Positions 44,804 to 53,961 of a DNA stretch of 64,000 bases are shown one piece after another. This stretch comes from Candidatus Dormiibacterota bacterium (lineage in GTDB: Bacteria > Acidobacteriota > Terriglobia > Acidiferrales > UBA7541), in assembly GCA_035534415.1 (NCBI GenBank), contig DATLSB010000164.1, positions 445 through 64,444 on the forward strand, read 5' to 3'. A program made the position numbers and the translations under genes. The notes under the pieces are model-generated. The model saw only the letters and a program-made list of their open reading frames with translations. It was not told the origin of the DNA and made no database searches. Every line of letters starts with the position of its first letter. Within the stretch, counting starts at the first letter, position 1.

Positions 44804-46939
44804 TTACCGCTTCGCGAAATCGATCGTGATCGAACCGAAAATGCTTCGGGTGACCACGGTGGGCATGGTGTTAATGAAGTCAGGGACGAATTCGATATGG
44901 CGATTGTCCAGCCAGTTGAGGCCATCGAACCCAAGGGTGACATGAGGCATCGGACTCCACCGGATCCCCGCATCGAGCGAGGTGTACGAAGGGATGTTGA
45001 GCCCCGGCAGGTGGTCCACGTAACGCACGCTGAAATGCTGCTCGATGTTTCTCGGCAGTTCCAGCGAGGATTGGAAGTAGGCTTGGTTTTTAGGATTGCT
45101 TCCGTTCGGCAGGTCCGGAGTCGGATCGTTGCTGTTGGCGTTCTTATGGATGTTCATCTCCAGGTAGCTGTAGTTGCCGTACAGCTTCCACATGGGAAGA
45201 ACTTTCCAGTTGAAGAATGGCTCGACCCCGTAAGTCCCGCCGCTCATCTTGTTGCCGGCCATCAGCGGAAACACATAATGGAATGGCGGTGGGGTGGCTT
45301 CCGGGAAAGGCGTTCCGGCCTCCGCCGTCAGCAAATTCGTGTAGCTGTTGTAGAAGGTGGCAATGTCGGCCGAAAATGTTTTAGTGGCCTGCACGCGGTA
45401 GCCAACTTCGTAGGCAATCATGTCCTCTGATCGAAACTGAGGGTTGCCGTATATTGCCTCGATCACAGGAACCGGGCTGTAAAACGGCGGTGCGCCCGGC
45501 GGCACGACGCCGGAGTTGAGGCGCAAACCTTCCTCGGTGATCGCCGGGGTGCGTACGGCGCGCGAGATGGCTCCCCAAACCGACTGGTTCGCGCTGAGGT
45601 TGACGAGCAAGCGGACGTTGGGTTCGTACTCGAACCCGGTAAAATCGTTGTGCTCGAGCTTCGAGCCGACCGTCAGCCGCAGCCGATCGTTTAGGAAATG
45701 AATCTCGTCCTGCAGAAAAGCGTTAAATAGATTGTACTGGCCCTGGCTCGGCTGAACGGCGACCGTGAACGTGGAATCGCTGCGATCCTGGATCGATCGG
45801 TAACCCGCCCCCCAGACGATTTCGTGCCTGTCCCCGACGTGGAAGTCGTGCTGGAACTCGACGTCGTAGACCGACTCGTGGTCAACGAAAAGGTTGTTAT
45901 CCGCGTAATTCGTGCGATCGAAGTACGCCTGGAGCGAAAGCGAAGAGTTGCTGTACGTGTGAGTCCAGCGGCTGAGCACGTCTCCGCCGCTATATTCGCC
46001 GGTGTTGGCAAACGTCTGAGAATACGGAGCGGTAAGCGACGGAATCGTCAGAGTCTCACCGTCCTGGCTATGGTACATGTCGCCTTGGACGGTCAGCGAA
46101 TCTTTGCCTGAGAGCGTCCAATCGGACCGGAACCCGCCGCTTTCCTGATACCAGCCATCGGACGCATTCTGTCCCGCCAAATTGGTCGAGGATCCGAAAT
46201 CAAAACCTTTCACGTATGCCCTGTAGTAGCCCTTGTTGCCAACCTGACCGCCATATCGGACGCCGTCGGCGGTAAGCTCTTCATCTCCACCGCCCGCCTT
46301 GATCAGTCCAGATTGAGTCTCTTTCGCGGGTTTGGTGATGATATTAATCACGCCGTCGACCGCGTTGGCGCCCCACAGCGTTGCTCCCGGTCCGCGAATC
46401 ACTTCGATGCGCTCCACATCGTCAAGCATCACGTCTTGAACGTCCCAGTAGACGCCGGAGAACAGCGGAGTGTACACGCTGCGACCATCGATCAAGACGA
46501 GCAGCTTGTCATCGAAACGTCCGTTGAATCCTCGCGCGCCGATGGCCCATTTATTTTCGTCAATGCGCGCCACCTCAAGACCAGGCACCATCTCCAGAAG
46601 TTCCGGGATGTTCCGCGCGCCCGAGCGCTGGATGTCTTCCTGCGTGATCACGAAAATGGCCGCAGCGGCGTCGGCGAGCTTTTGCGCTCTCTTCGAGACG
46701 GAGGTGACCTGAACGTTCATTAGGTCTTCCACGCTCATGGCGGTGACGTCCGGGACGTTCTGCCCGTCGCTGGCACCCGCGTTGCCGGTCAGAAACAGTC
46801 CGACCACAGCAGTAGCGAGGATGCGCTTTAGGAGCGTTGGCCGCGCGCTCGCGTGCCGGCGCGAGATGTCTCCGGTCACGCGCTTCCGCGTCGTTTCCGC
46901 AGTTCGAGGTGCCGCCTGTTTCGTTAAATCGCTTTTCAT
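44804..46939 (-). CDS. TonB-dependent outer-membrane receptor
   Basis: Plug domain (VITQEDIQRSGARNIPELLEMVPGLEV...IRGPGATLWGANAVDGVINIITK). Long beta-barrel ending ...GSITIDFAKR. Start MKSDLTK overlaps the upstream stop. Confidence 0.9.
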   Translation of the reverse strand: MKSDLTKQAAPRTAETTRKRVTGDISRRHASARPTLLKRILATAVVGLFLTGNAGASDGQNVPDVTAMSVEDLMNVQVTSVSKRAQKLADAAAAIFVITQEDIQRSGARNIPELLEMVPGLEVARIDENKWAIGARGFNGRFDDKLLVLIDGRSVYTPLFSGVYWDVQDVMLDDVERIEVIRGPGATLWGANAVDGVINIITKPAKETQSGLIKAGGGDEELTADGVRYGGQVGNKGYYRAYVKGFDFGSSTNLAGQNASDGWYQESGGFRSDWTLSGKDSLTVQGDMYHSQDGETLTIPSLTAPYSQTFANTGEYSGGDVLSRWTHTYSNSSLSLQAYFDRTNYADNNLFVDHESVYDVEFQHDFHVGDRHEIVWGAGYRSIQDRSDSTFTVAVQPSQGQYNLFNAFLQDEIHFLNDRLRLTVGSKLEHNDFTGFEYEPNVRLLVNLSANQSVWGAISRAVRTPAITEEGLRLNSGVVPPGAPPFYSPVPVIEAIYGNPQFRSEDMIAYEVGYRVQATKTFSADIATFYNSYTNLLTAEAGTPFPEATPPPFHYVFPLMAGNKMSGGTYGVEPFFNWKVLPMWKLYGNYSYLEMNIHKNANSNDPTPDLPNGSNPKNQAYFQSSLELPRNIEQHFSVRYVDHLPGLNIPSYTSLDAGIRWSPMPHVTLGFDGLNWLDNRHIEFVPDFINTMPTVVTRSIFGSITIDFAKR

Positions 46940-48060
46940 ATCGATTCCTGGAATACGCGAGATAGCTGCAAACCATGCCTTTGCGATCGAGACAGAACCT
47001 TGGAGTAGAAGCTGTCGACGTGCCGGTACGATCGGGCGTAACCGTCTTTCAGCCAAATGCATTGGCAATAGTGACGCACGATCTGCGCCCCCAACTTTTC
47101 AAGCCTGGGAGCCGCCTCTTCTGAGGCGATTACCGGTATGTCCGACAATTCGAAATTCTCGTAAGCGGTCATTGCCGCCGTGAGCAGTGATGTTCCGGCC
47201 CCCTCGATTTCCGAAGCCGAAAGGTACGATGGCAAAAGCAAATCGCAGCGGTTCTCCAGATAGCTGAAGTTCAGTCCCAGCGGACCTCGGTATGCGATTG
47301 CCGCGCCGATGGGCTCGTCGGTACCTTTACGGTAGGCAAGCCAGACCTGCCGGGTGCGCCGCAGTCCCACACGGCGGTACAGTCCATCCAGAGCGTTGAA
47401 CGGAACATCTTCCGCCAGCTCTTCGGCGGTCAGATAGATGTGGCCCCTGGTTAGCTCCGCGATGGCCCATAAATCCCGCTTCCGCGCCGGATCGTAGGCA
47501 ATCACGCGAACCCCAGCATCTGTTGGCAGCGACAGTTTTCGCGAGAGAGCCAGATAGGCGTATTGCTGTGCGGACGACAGAGAATCGCCGATGCTTTGTG
47601 TCATGGAGCCGAAAACGCGCGCTGGAAAGCGGTTTTCAGGCCGGTACCAGTTTTGCGCCGATTCATCCGACCCCTTCAGGATGCTTTCAGCTTCCGCGGC
47701 GAGCATCACCGCGCGCGACGCGAATGGATTGTCTTCGGAAACCAGGTGCTGGTAGGTCCAACCGTGACGGGAACTGCGCCAGACAGCCAAGGCAGCGCGC
47801 CCCTTCTTGTCATCGCCCGCGGTGAGCACGTAGAGCAGAGACTCTTCCGCTCGCAACATTCGCCGCCAGTTTTCCTTCACAAGCTCCATGTGGGGCAGAA
47901 GCCGAGCAGCTTTTTCGGGGTAGAGAAATCCGGTGCTCTCGTACAGCCTAAAAAGTTCATCGATGTCAATCTCGTTTACCTGCACCCCATAGGAGGCGCG
48001 CAGTTCCGAAAGCCGCGGAAGCTTATTTATTGTTTCCTGGTCTTGCGCGTCCAAGGGCAT
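46936..48060 (-). CDS. conserved-looking hypothetical protein, first gene of the receptor/kinase array
   Basis: 374 aa. No signal peptide and no motif recognised. The C-terminal half is vaguely GNAT-like. Translationally coupled to the TonB-dependent receptor. Confidence 0.65.
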   Translation of the reverse strand: MPLDAQDQETINKLPRLSELRASYGVQVNEIDIDELFRLYESTGFLYPEKAARLLPHMELVKENWRRMLRAEESLLYVLTAGDDKKGRAALAVWRSSRHGWTYQHLVSEDNPFASRAVMLAAEAESILKGSDESAQNWYRPENRFPARVFGSMTQSIGDSLSSAQQYAYLALSRKLSLPTDAGVRVIAYDPARKRDLWAIAELTRGHIYLTAEELAEDVPFNALDGLYRRVGLRRTRQVWLAYRKGTDEPIGAAIAYRGPLGLNFSYLENRCDLLLPSYLSASEIEGAGTSLLTAAMTAYENFELSDIPVIASEEAAPRLEKLGAQIVRHYCQCIWLKDGYARSYRHVDSFYSKVLSRSQRHGLQLSRVFQESI

Positions 48061-48443
48061 ATGTTCTCCACGAGAGTTGTTGAATCTGTTTCAATACGGA
48101 CTTTCCGGCTTTCCGAAACCGTCCCCCGGACTTAGCCCCCGCTGGCCCGCTTCGCTCGGCGACATTCCCAATCGAAAGCACGTGTCGCCTACGCATAAGT
48201 GCGCCGCGCAGTACACGACCGTAGGCACATTTATAGAGTTACGGTCCGTGCTCCTAAATGGGCCGTCCGTACCATTTGCACACTTATGCGGCGAGTGGGT
48301 TAATAGCAGCTTCGAAGGCGCTGGGCAGGCGACTTCCCTTGGCTTTTTCGGCAATTGAGCGTTGGTTGTTGTGGCTATGCGGTGAGTGAGGTATCTAAAA
48401 TTGGGTGTGAAGGCGTAGTGTTCCACAGCGACAGGAGACGAGC

Positions 48444-48818
48444 ATGGCTCAAGCAGCTTTTGCGATTCGACGCATGAATCCGCGATTCCCATGTGCCGCG
48501 GATGCCGAAATCACTTTTCACGACGGAAACGCGCTCCGCGCCAAGCTCAGCGAGTTAAGCTCGCGTGGATGCTACATCGATACGCTCCAGCCTGTTCCGG
48601 TAGGCACTGAAATGCACATCGCGATCTGCGACGGTCCGAGCCGGTGCGAGGTGGACGGCAAGGTCATCTACGGGCACGCTGGCAGCGGCTTTGGTGTGTT
48701 TGGGATGGGCGTCGTGTTCGCGGAGATGAGCTCCGAGCAGAACCTTACGATAGCGGCATGGCTGAATGAACTTGCCGCGCAGGCTTCGAAACGCAACGAA
48801 CCGGCGTACGAGTCGTAG
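48444..48818 (+). CDS. PilZ-domain protein
   Basis: RRMNPR (RxxxR) and ELSSRG motifs. RBS AGGAGA. Confidence 0.7.
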   Translation: MAQAAFAIRRMNPRFPCAADAEITFHDGNALRAKLSELSSRGCYIDTLQPVPVGTEMHIAICDGPSRCEVDGKVIYGHAGSGFGVFGMGVVFAEMSSEQNLTIAAWLNELAAQASKRNEPAYES

Positions 48819-49104
48819 AGTCGCGCCTCGACCGGCGCCGTTATCAGAGTGAACTTAACCAGATTTTCGCGTGCCCTCATTACGCTGTGGCAGCGTAAAG
48901 CCGATCGATCCCGCGAGATGTTTGGTGCGGCCACTGCACATTCCGCGCTCCCGCGCACAGCAACGCAACCGCAGGTTCGGCACGCTTAACCTCAACCGCC
49001 GTATGAGTCGGGATGCCAGAGGCCCGGCTCTCCACTGCTCCGGTTGAATCAGCCCGTCTGGAAGCTTTCCGTCAGCAGAAAATTTCTGCTTTACGATCCC
49101 CGCT

Positions 49105-50733
49105 TTAGGCTCTGCGTAATATTTTGTCCAATGCGAGCCGCGATTCCCCGTATGGATCGTCCACGGCTTCGCACTGGTCGTTGAAGATCATGACGGCTCG
49201 CTTTGTCTCATTAAACGCGGGCCAGTTAGCAAGTCCCTTGTGATTGGGATTGCCGCTGCGCGCGAAAGCTGTCCACGCTCCGCTCATCTTCGCCTCGAGA
49301 GCATATCGGTCCTCGCCGGAGCCGGTCATCGATTTCGCCAGGTCGACATTGTCGAATACAAACGGAATCTCCAACGTATGGAAGGTTCGAAGCTTTCCAT
49401 CGCGCACCGGCGATCTCCAGGTGAAATAATATTGATAGACCGGCGCGCCGCCCTGCGCGGCTTTCCGGTCGGCCTCAATCAGCACTCCCTGGCGAAACGT
49501 AGCATCGGAAGCGATGATCAGGTAGAGATCCGTGTTGCTCGCCTTCGGGCGCCCTTTCCGATACGCGGCAATTAGCGCGTCCACCTGTGTGTCATCCGCG
49601 CCGCGCAGGATTTGCTTCACGTGCATGTGCAGCGATGCGTCGTCGATCGGATCGAGGATCTGATTCGGGAAAAACGTCACTTCCGTCTCGACGGTGCCGA
49701 TCAGCAGCGGAACATTCGCGGAAATCGCGGGTGCCGTGGGATTAAATGGATCGCTCGGCAGCGTGGTGCCGTCCACCACGGGCGCAAGAGCGAGAGAACC
49801 CGATCCCGGCATTCCGTTTCCGGACAATTCCCCCATGACCTGCAAAAGCTGATTCATCGGGAGCTTCTGAAGCTGGTCAACCTGCCCGGATTGCAATCCC
49901 AGCTTTGCCATAAATGCTTCGGCCGATTTCGTGGCACGCTGGCGTGGAAGCCCTGTCACTGCCGCGCCGCTTTCCACGATCGCACGATGGAATAGTCCGT
50001 GGGCGGGAGGCATGGCCATCAATGCGCTTACTTTCCCTCCGCCTCCAGACTGTCCGAAGATGGTCACGTTGGCGGGGTCGCCGCCGAATTGCGCGATGTT
50101 GTCGCGAACCCACTCAAGCGCGGCGACCATGTCCAGCATTCCCACGTTGCTCGCCTGCGCGAAACTTTCACCGCCAAGTTCGGCTAGATAAGTGAACCCA
50201 AAAACTCCGAGGCGGTGGTTCAGAGTCACCACCACAACGTCGTGTTTGCGCGCCAAGTTCGTGCCGTCGTAGCAGACAAATGCGCCCGAGCCGGTGGTGT
50301 ATCCGCCGCCGTGCATCCACACCATCACGGGCCGCTGGCCGCCAAGCCCGGCGGTCCAAACATTCAGACACAGGCAGTCCTCGCTCATCGGGCCGCCTGG
50401 ATCCATTGGCTCGAACTCGGGAGGCACCATGCCGTGAAATTGATTGTCAAGCTGCAGCGCGCGTGGTCCGAACTCAACCGCATCGCGCACGCCCGTCCAC
50501 TGTGCAGCCTTTCGTGGAGGCATAAACCGGGCATTGCCGTCGGTGGGAGCGCCGTATCGGACGCCCTTGAAAATGTGTACGCCGCCGGTGGTCGCTCCTC
50601 GGATTTTTCCGGCGCTCGTTTCCACCACGGCGCCCGACGCGGCTTTCGGTTCCATCCCGAGCGCGTTTAATTTGCCACTCATCAAGGCTCCTGCCGCCAA
50701 AGTTCCGAGGCCCATGAACGATCGTCGGTCCAT
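49105..50733 (-). CDS. type-B carboxylesterase/lipase with Tat signal
   Basis: MDRRSFMGLGTLAAGALM (twin-Arg). VWMHGGGY oxyanion region. FGQSGGG nucleophile elbow. RBS GGAGGA precedes ATG 50733. Confidence 0.9.
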   Translation of the reverse strand: MDRRSFMGLGTLAAGALMSGKLNALGMEPKAASGAVVETSAGKIRGATTGGVHIFKGVRYGAPTDGNARFMPPRKAAQWTGVRDAVEFGPRALQLDNQFHGMVPPEFEPMDPGGPMSEDCLCLNVWTAGLGGQRPVMVWMHGGGYTTGSGAFVCYDGTNLARKHDVVVVTLNHRLGVFGFTYLAELGGESFAQASNVGMLDMVAALEWVRDNIAQFGGDPANVTIFGQSGGGGKVSALMAMPPAHGLFHRAIVESGAAVTGLPRQRATKSAEAFMAKLGLQSGQVDQLQKLPMNQLLQVMGELSGNGMPGSGSLALAPVVDGTTLPSDPFNPTAPAISANVPLLIGTVETEVTFFPNQILDPIDDASLHMHVKQILRGADDTQVDALIAAYRKGRPKASNTDLYLIIASDATFRQGVLIEADRKAAQGGAPVYQYYFTWRSPVRDGKLRTFHTLEIPFVFDNVDLAKSMTGSGEDRYALEAKMSGAWTAFARSGNPNHKGLANWPAFNETKRAVMIFNDQCEAVDDPYGESRLALDKILRRA

Positions 50734-50845
50734 ATTCGCTCCTCCCACCGGTTGCGAATTCCTCTCGTGCGAGTCCCCATGCGAATCCTTCCGCCCAAAT
50801 TCTCCACGATCTGGTTCTCAATTATCGAAGCGGTCGCGATTTACG

Positions 50846-52000
50846 CTACGCTGCCCGTCCCCACAGTTTCTTCGACGCGATCTGAGCGCCTTCGGCGAGC
50901 GCGCGGAATTTCATCCACGCAAACGCAGGGAACACCGGACCGAACCCGGCAAACGTGCCAAAGCCGCAGTCGCTTCCAGCCATCAACCGCTCGCGTCCCA
51001 CCACTTCCGCATAACGCAACAGGCGCTGCGCCACCACTTCCGGATGTTCCACGTAGTTGATGCCCGACGAAATTACTCCGGGAATCAAAATCTTTTCGTC
51101 AGGCAGCTTGATCGTCTTCCACGCTTCCCATTCGTGTTCGTGGCGCGGATTCGCGCCCTCCACCAGCAGCGCCATCGGCTTGGCTTTGATGACCAGCGGA
51201 AAAATTTTCATGCAGGACATATCGTGAACGTGCGAGCCGTCATAATTTCCCCAGCACACGTGCATGCGCACGCGATCCGCGGGGATATCGGCGAGCGCAT
51301 GATTGAGAGCCTCAACCTGCAGTTCCGCGTAGCCAAGGAACTCTTCGTCGCTCAGGTTTTTAAAACGCGAATGCCGCCCCATCGCCAGATCGGGGCAATC
51401 GAGCTGCAGCAGCAGGCCCGATTTCGCGATCATCTGGTACTCTTCGCGCATCGCGTTGGCCAGCGCCTCCAGATATGCCTCGTGCGAAGGGTAATATTCA
51501 TTCGGCTGGAACACGGCGATGGTGCCAGGCGACACCGCGTTCATGAAACCTTCCGTCACCTTGGCCTTGGCCATCGCTTCCTTCATGTGCGCGATATCTT
51601 TTTCAACGGGCGATAGATCCCGCACCTTGATCGGCCCTTTGCAAACGGGCCGCCGGTAGGTGGCCGAATGCCCGGTCTTCACCAGTCGGTCGCGAAACTC
51701 GGGAAAGTCTTCCAGATCCTGCGGCGTGGGGCGCGCGGAATCGCCTTCAAAACCCGTCAGACGATGCCTAATGTAGGTGGCGTAACTGATCTTGCTCATT
51801 TCGCCGTCGCTGACGACGTCAATGCCCGCCTCGCGCTGGCGGTTCACCACCTCGGCGACGGCCCTCCGCATCACTTCATCGAATTGTGCCGGGTCGTAAT
51901 CATCGTCGCGGTCCTGCGCGAATAGCAGATCCACAACTTCCTGCGGGCGCGGCAGGCTGCCTACGTGTGTGGTGAGGATTCGGTCTGTGCTGCGCTTCAT
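50846..52000 (-). CDS. cobalamin-independent methionine synthase (MetE C-terminal domain)-like protein
   Basis: THVGSLPRP..., ...DCPDLAM..., ...HVCWGNY... are typical of the COG0620 / Meth_synt_2 family. Confidence 0.8.
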   Translation of the reverse strand: MKRSTDRILTTHVGSLPRPQEVVDLLFAQDRDDDYDPAQFDEVMRRAVAEVVNRQREAGIDVVSDGEMSKISYATYIRHRLTGFEGDSARPTPQDLEDFPEFRDRLVKTGHSATYRRPVCKGPIKVRDLSPVEKDIAHMKEAMAKAKVTEGFMNAVSPGTIAVFQPNEYYPSHEAYLEALANAMREEYQMIAKSGLLLQLDCPDLAMGRHSRFKNLSDEEFLGYAELQVEALNHALADIPADRVRMHVCWGNYDGSHVHDMSCMKIFPLVIKAKPMALLVEGANPRHEHEWEAWKTIKLPDEKILIPGVISSGINYVEHPEVVAQRLLRYAEVVGRERLMAGSDCGFGTFAGFGPVFPAFAWMKFRALAEGAQIASKKLWGRAA

Positions 52001-52146
52001 CGGAGTCCCTTCGCGGCGGCAATCAACGCGGCTGAGAAAATACTCCGCAACCCCGCCGCTTGCAACCAGAAACGGTCAGCATCCAACGCCGAGCCGCCCT
52101 ACATGGCAATTTGGCTTCCGTCCGTCCTGAATGCGATCATATTTAC

Positions 52147-52683
52147 ATGCGCAAACGAAACATCATTATCCTTGGCAGCCTGATTGGCGCTGCCGCTGGC
52201 TGGGCCTTCGCCCATTCCAACTCGCCCCTCGAAACCGTGCCGAATGTTGACCTCAGCAGATATACCGGCCGATGGTATGAAATTGCCCGTTACCCCAACC
52301 GGTTCGAACGCAAATGCGACCGCGACGTCACCGCGGAGTACTCGATCAAAAACAATGGCGACATACGTGTGGCGAACTCCTGCGTCAAATCTTCGGGCGC
52401 GATCACGCAAGCTATTGGTACAGCCAAGGCCATCGACAAGGCGACGAACGCAAAGCTGAAGGTCGCGTTTTTTTGGCCGTTCTACGGCAAATATTGGATC
52501 ATCGATTTGGGACAAAACTACGATTACGCCGTGGTCGGAGAGCCTGCCCGCGAATATTTATGGATTCTCAGCCGGACTCCCCAAATGCCGGACCCACTGT
52601 ATCAACAAATCACCGCGCGCCTGGCCTCCAAGGGCTACGATGCCTCCAAACTGGTCAAAACGCGCCAGACCGCACTTCGCTGA
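52147..52683 (+). CDS. blc: bacterial lipocalin (Blc-like)
   Basis: YTGRWYEIARYPNRFERKCD...VAFFWPFYGKYWIIDL..DYAVVGEPAREYLWILSRTP is the classic Blc sequence. Confidence 0.9.
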   Translation: MRKRNIIILGSLIGAAAGWAFAHSNSPLETVPNVDLSRYTGRWYEIARYPNRFERKCDRDVTAEYSIKNNGDIRVANSCVKSSGAITQAIGTAKAIDKATNAKLKVAFFWPFYGKYWIIDLGQNYDYAVVGEPAREYLWILSRTPQMPDPLYQQITARLASKGYDASKLVKTRQTALR

Positions 52684-52777
52684 TCGAAATCGCGGGAATT
52701 CGGCGACGATACGATTGATCTCGCGCTAAATCTCCTCGACAAGCTCAATCGTTACCCCATGTTGTATACTGCGCGCC

Positions 52778-53899
52778 ATGGAAGCGCCCAATTTCGAATT
52801 TAACCTAAGCCGCCTGGAACGCGTGATCGAGGGACCCGGCAAAGTTGCCGCGCTCGGCGACGAACTCGACCGTCGCGGCCTGCAGCGCGCCATCATAGTC
52901 ACCGGCAAAACTCTCGGCGCGTCTGTCCTGCTCGAAAAACTTACGGGAGCGATTGGCTCTCGCTGCGCGGGCGTATTCCGCAGAGCGAAGCAGCATGTTC
53001 CGTGGAGTTCCGTTCACCAGCTGAAAGCGGAAATCGAACGGCTGAATGCGGACTCGCTGATCAGCTTCGGCGGCGGCAGCCCGATCGATACCTGCAAAGT
53101 GGCTACACACGCCTTGCTGCCGACGCGCGAACTCGTTCATATCGCCGTCCCAACCACTCTCTCCGCCGGCGAATACACGCACGCCGGCGGCGTCACCGAC
53201 GAAAAGACGCTGGTGAAATCAGGCGTGTCCGATCCGCGCCTGCAAGCCCGCACCATCCTCAACGACCCGGAGCTGACTCTTGAAACTCCCTCCTGGCTGT
53301 GGGTTTCCACTGGCATGCGTTCGCTCGATCATGCCATCGAGAGCATTTACGCGATTCGCCATCACCCGCTCAGCGATACGCTCGCCTCGAAAGCAATTGC
53401 GATACTTTTCGAGCACCTAAAACCATCCATCGAAGGTGACAGTAAGGAACAAATCCCGCATCGCGGCTACTGCCAAATGGCCGCGTGGTTTTCAATCTTC
53501 GGCGCGATGAACACGCGCTTCGGAATTTCGCATCTGCTCGGCCATCAGATCGGCCCGCGCTGGAATGTGCCGCACGGAGTCACGTCTTGCATTACGCTGC
53601 CGCACGCAATGCGATTCATGGCTGAAATCGCGCCGCAGCGGTTCGGTCCAATTGCGGAGGGCCTCGATCTGCCATTCGATCCAACGAAGTGCAGGGCGGC
53701 GGCTCTCGCGTGCGCCGACAAAGTGGAAAAGTTCATTGCCCAATTCGACGTGCCGCACACCCTAAAGCACGCCGGCGTTCCCGGCGGCGAGTTAGATCAA
53801 ATTGTCCCCACCGTGGCGCACGAACTTGAACGGTCGGGCACGATGGACCGCCCGGTGACAGAGAAAGAGATCGCTTCCCTGCTGAAAGCGGCGTATTGA
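52778..53899 (+). CDS. iron-containing alcohol dehydrogenase family (maleylacetate reductase-like)
   Basis: ISFGGGSPIDTCK glycine-rich motif. His-rich metal-site region ...HLLGHQIGPRWNVPHG. Confidence 0.8.
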   Translation: MEAPNFEFNLSRLERVIEGPGKVAALGDELDRRGLQRAIIVTGKTLGASVLLEKLTGAIGSRCAGVFRRAKQHVPWSSVHQLKAEIERLNADSLISFGGGSPIDTCKVATHALLPTRELVHIAVPTTLSAGEYTHAGGVTDEKTLVKSGVSDPRLQARTILNDPELTLETPSWLWVSTGMRSLDHAIESIYAIRHHPLSDTLASKAIAILFEHLKPSIEGDSKEQIPHRGYCQMAAWFSIFGAMNTRFGISHLLGHQIGPRWNVPHGVTSCITLPHAMRFMAEIAPQRFGPIAEGLDLPFDPTKCRAAALACADKVEKFIAQFDVPHTLKHAGVPGGELDQIVPTVAHELERSGTMDRPVTEKEIASLLKAAY

Positions 53900-53961
53900 G
53901 AGGCAGCGCCAGCCGCGGGCTCTCTCGAATCCCGCGGGCTGGACGCAAGCCCTGAAGTAAG

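Noticed and set aside
50444-51616. 390-aa plus-strand ORF, and similarly 60094-61212 (372 aa, +)
   Set aside because: They are antisense to the MetE-like/carboxylesterase genes and the GMC oxidoreductase gene respectively. Both are Arg/His-rich shadow ORFs.
52001-52146. Cobalamin or SAM riboswitch upstream of the MetE-like gene
   Set aside because: The gap is only ~145 nt and is shared with the divergent lipocalin promoter. That is too short for a B12 element, and I could not see a B12 box or SAM-I helices.
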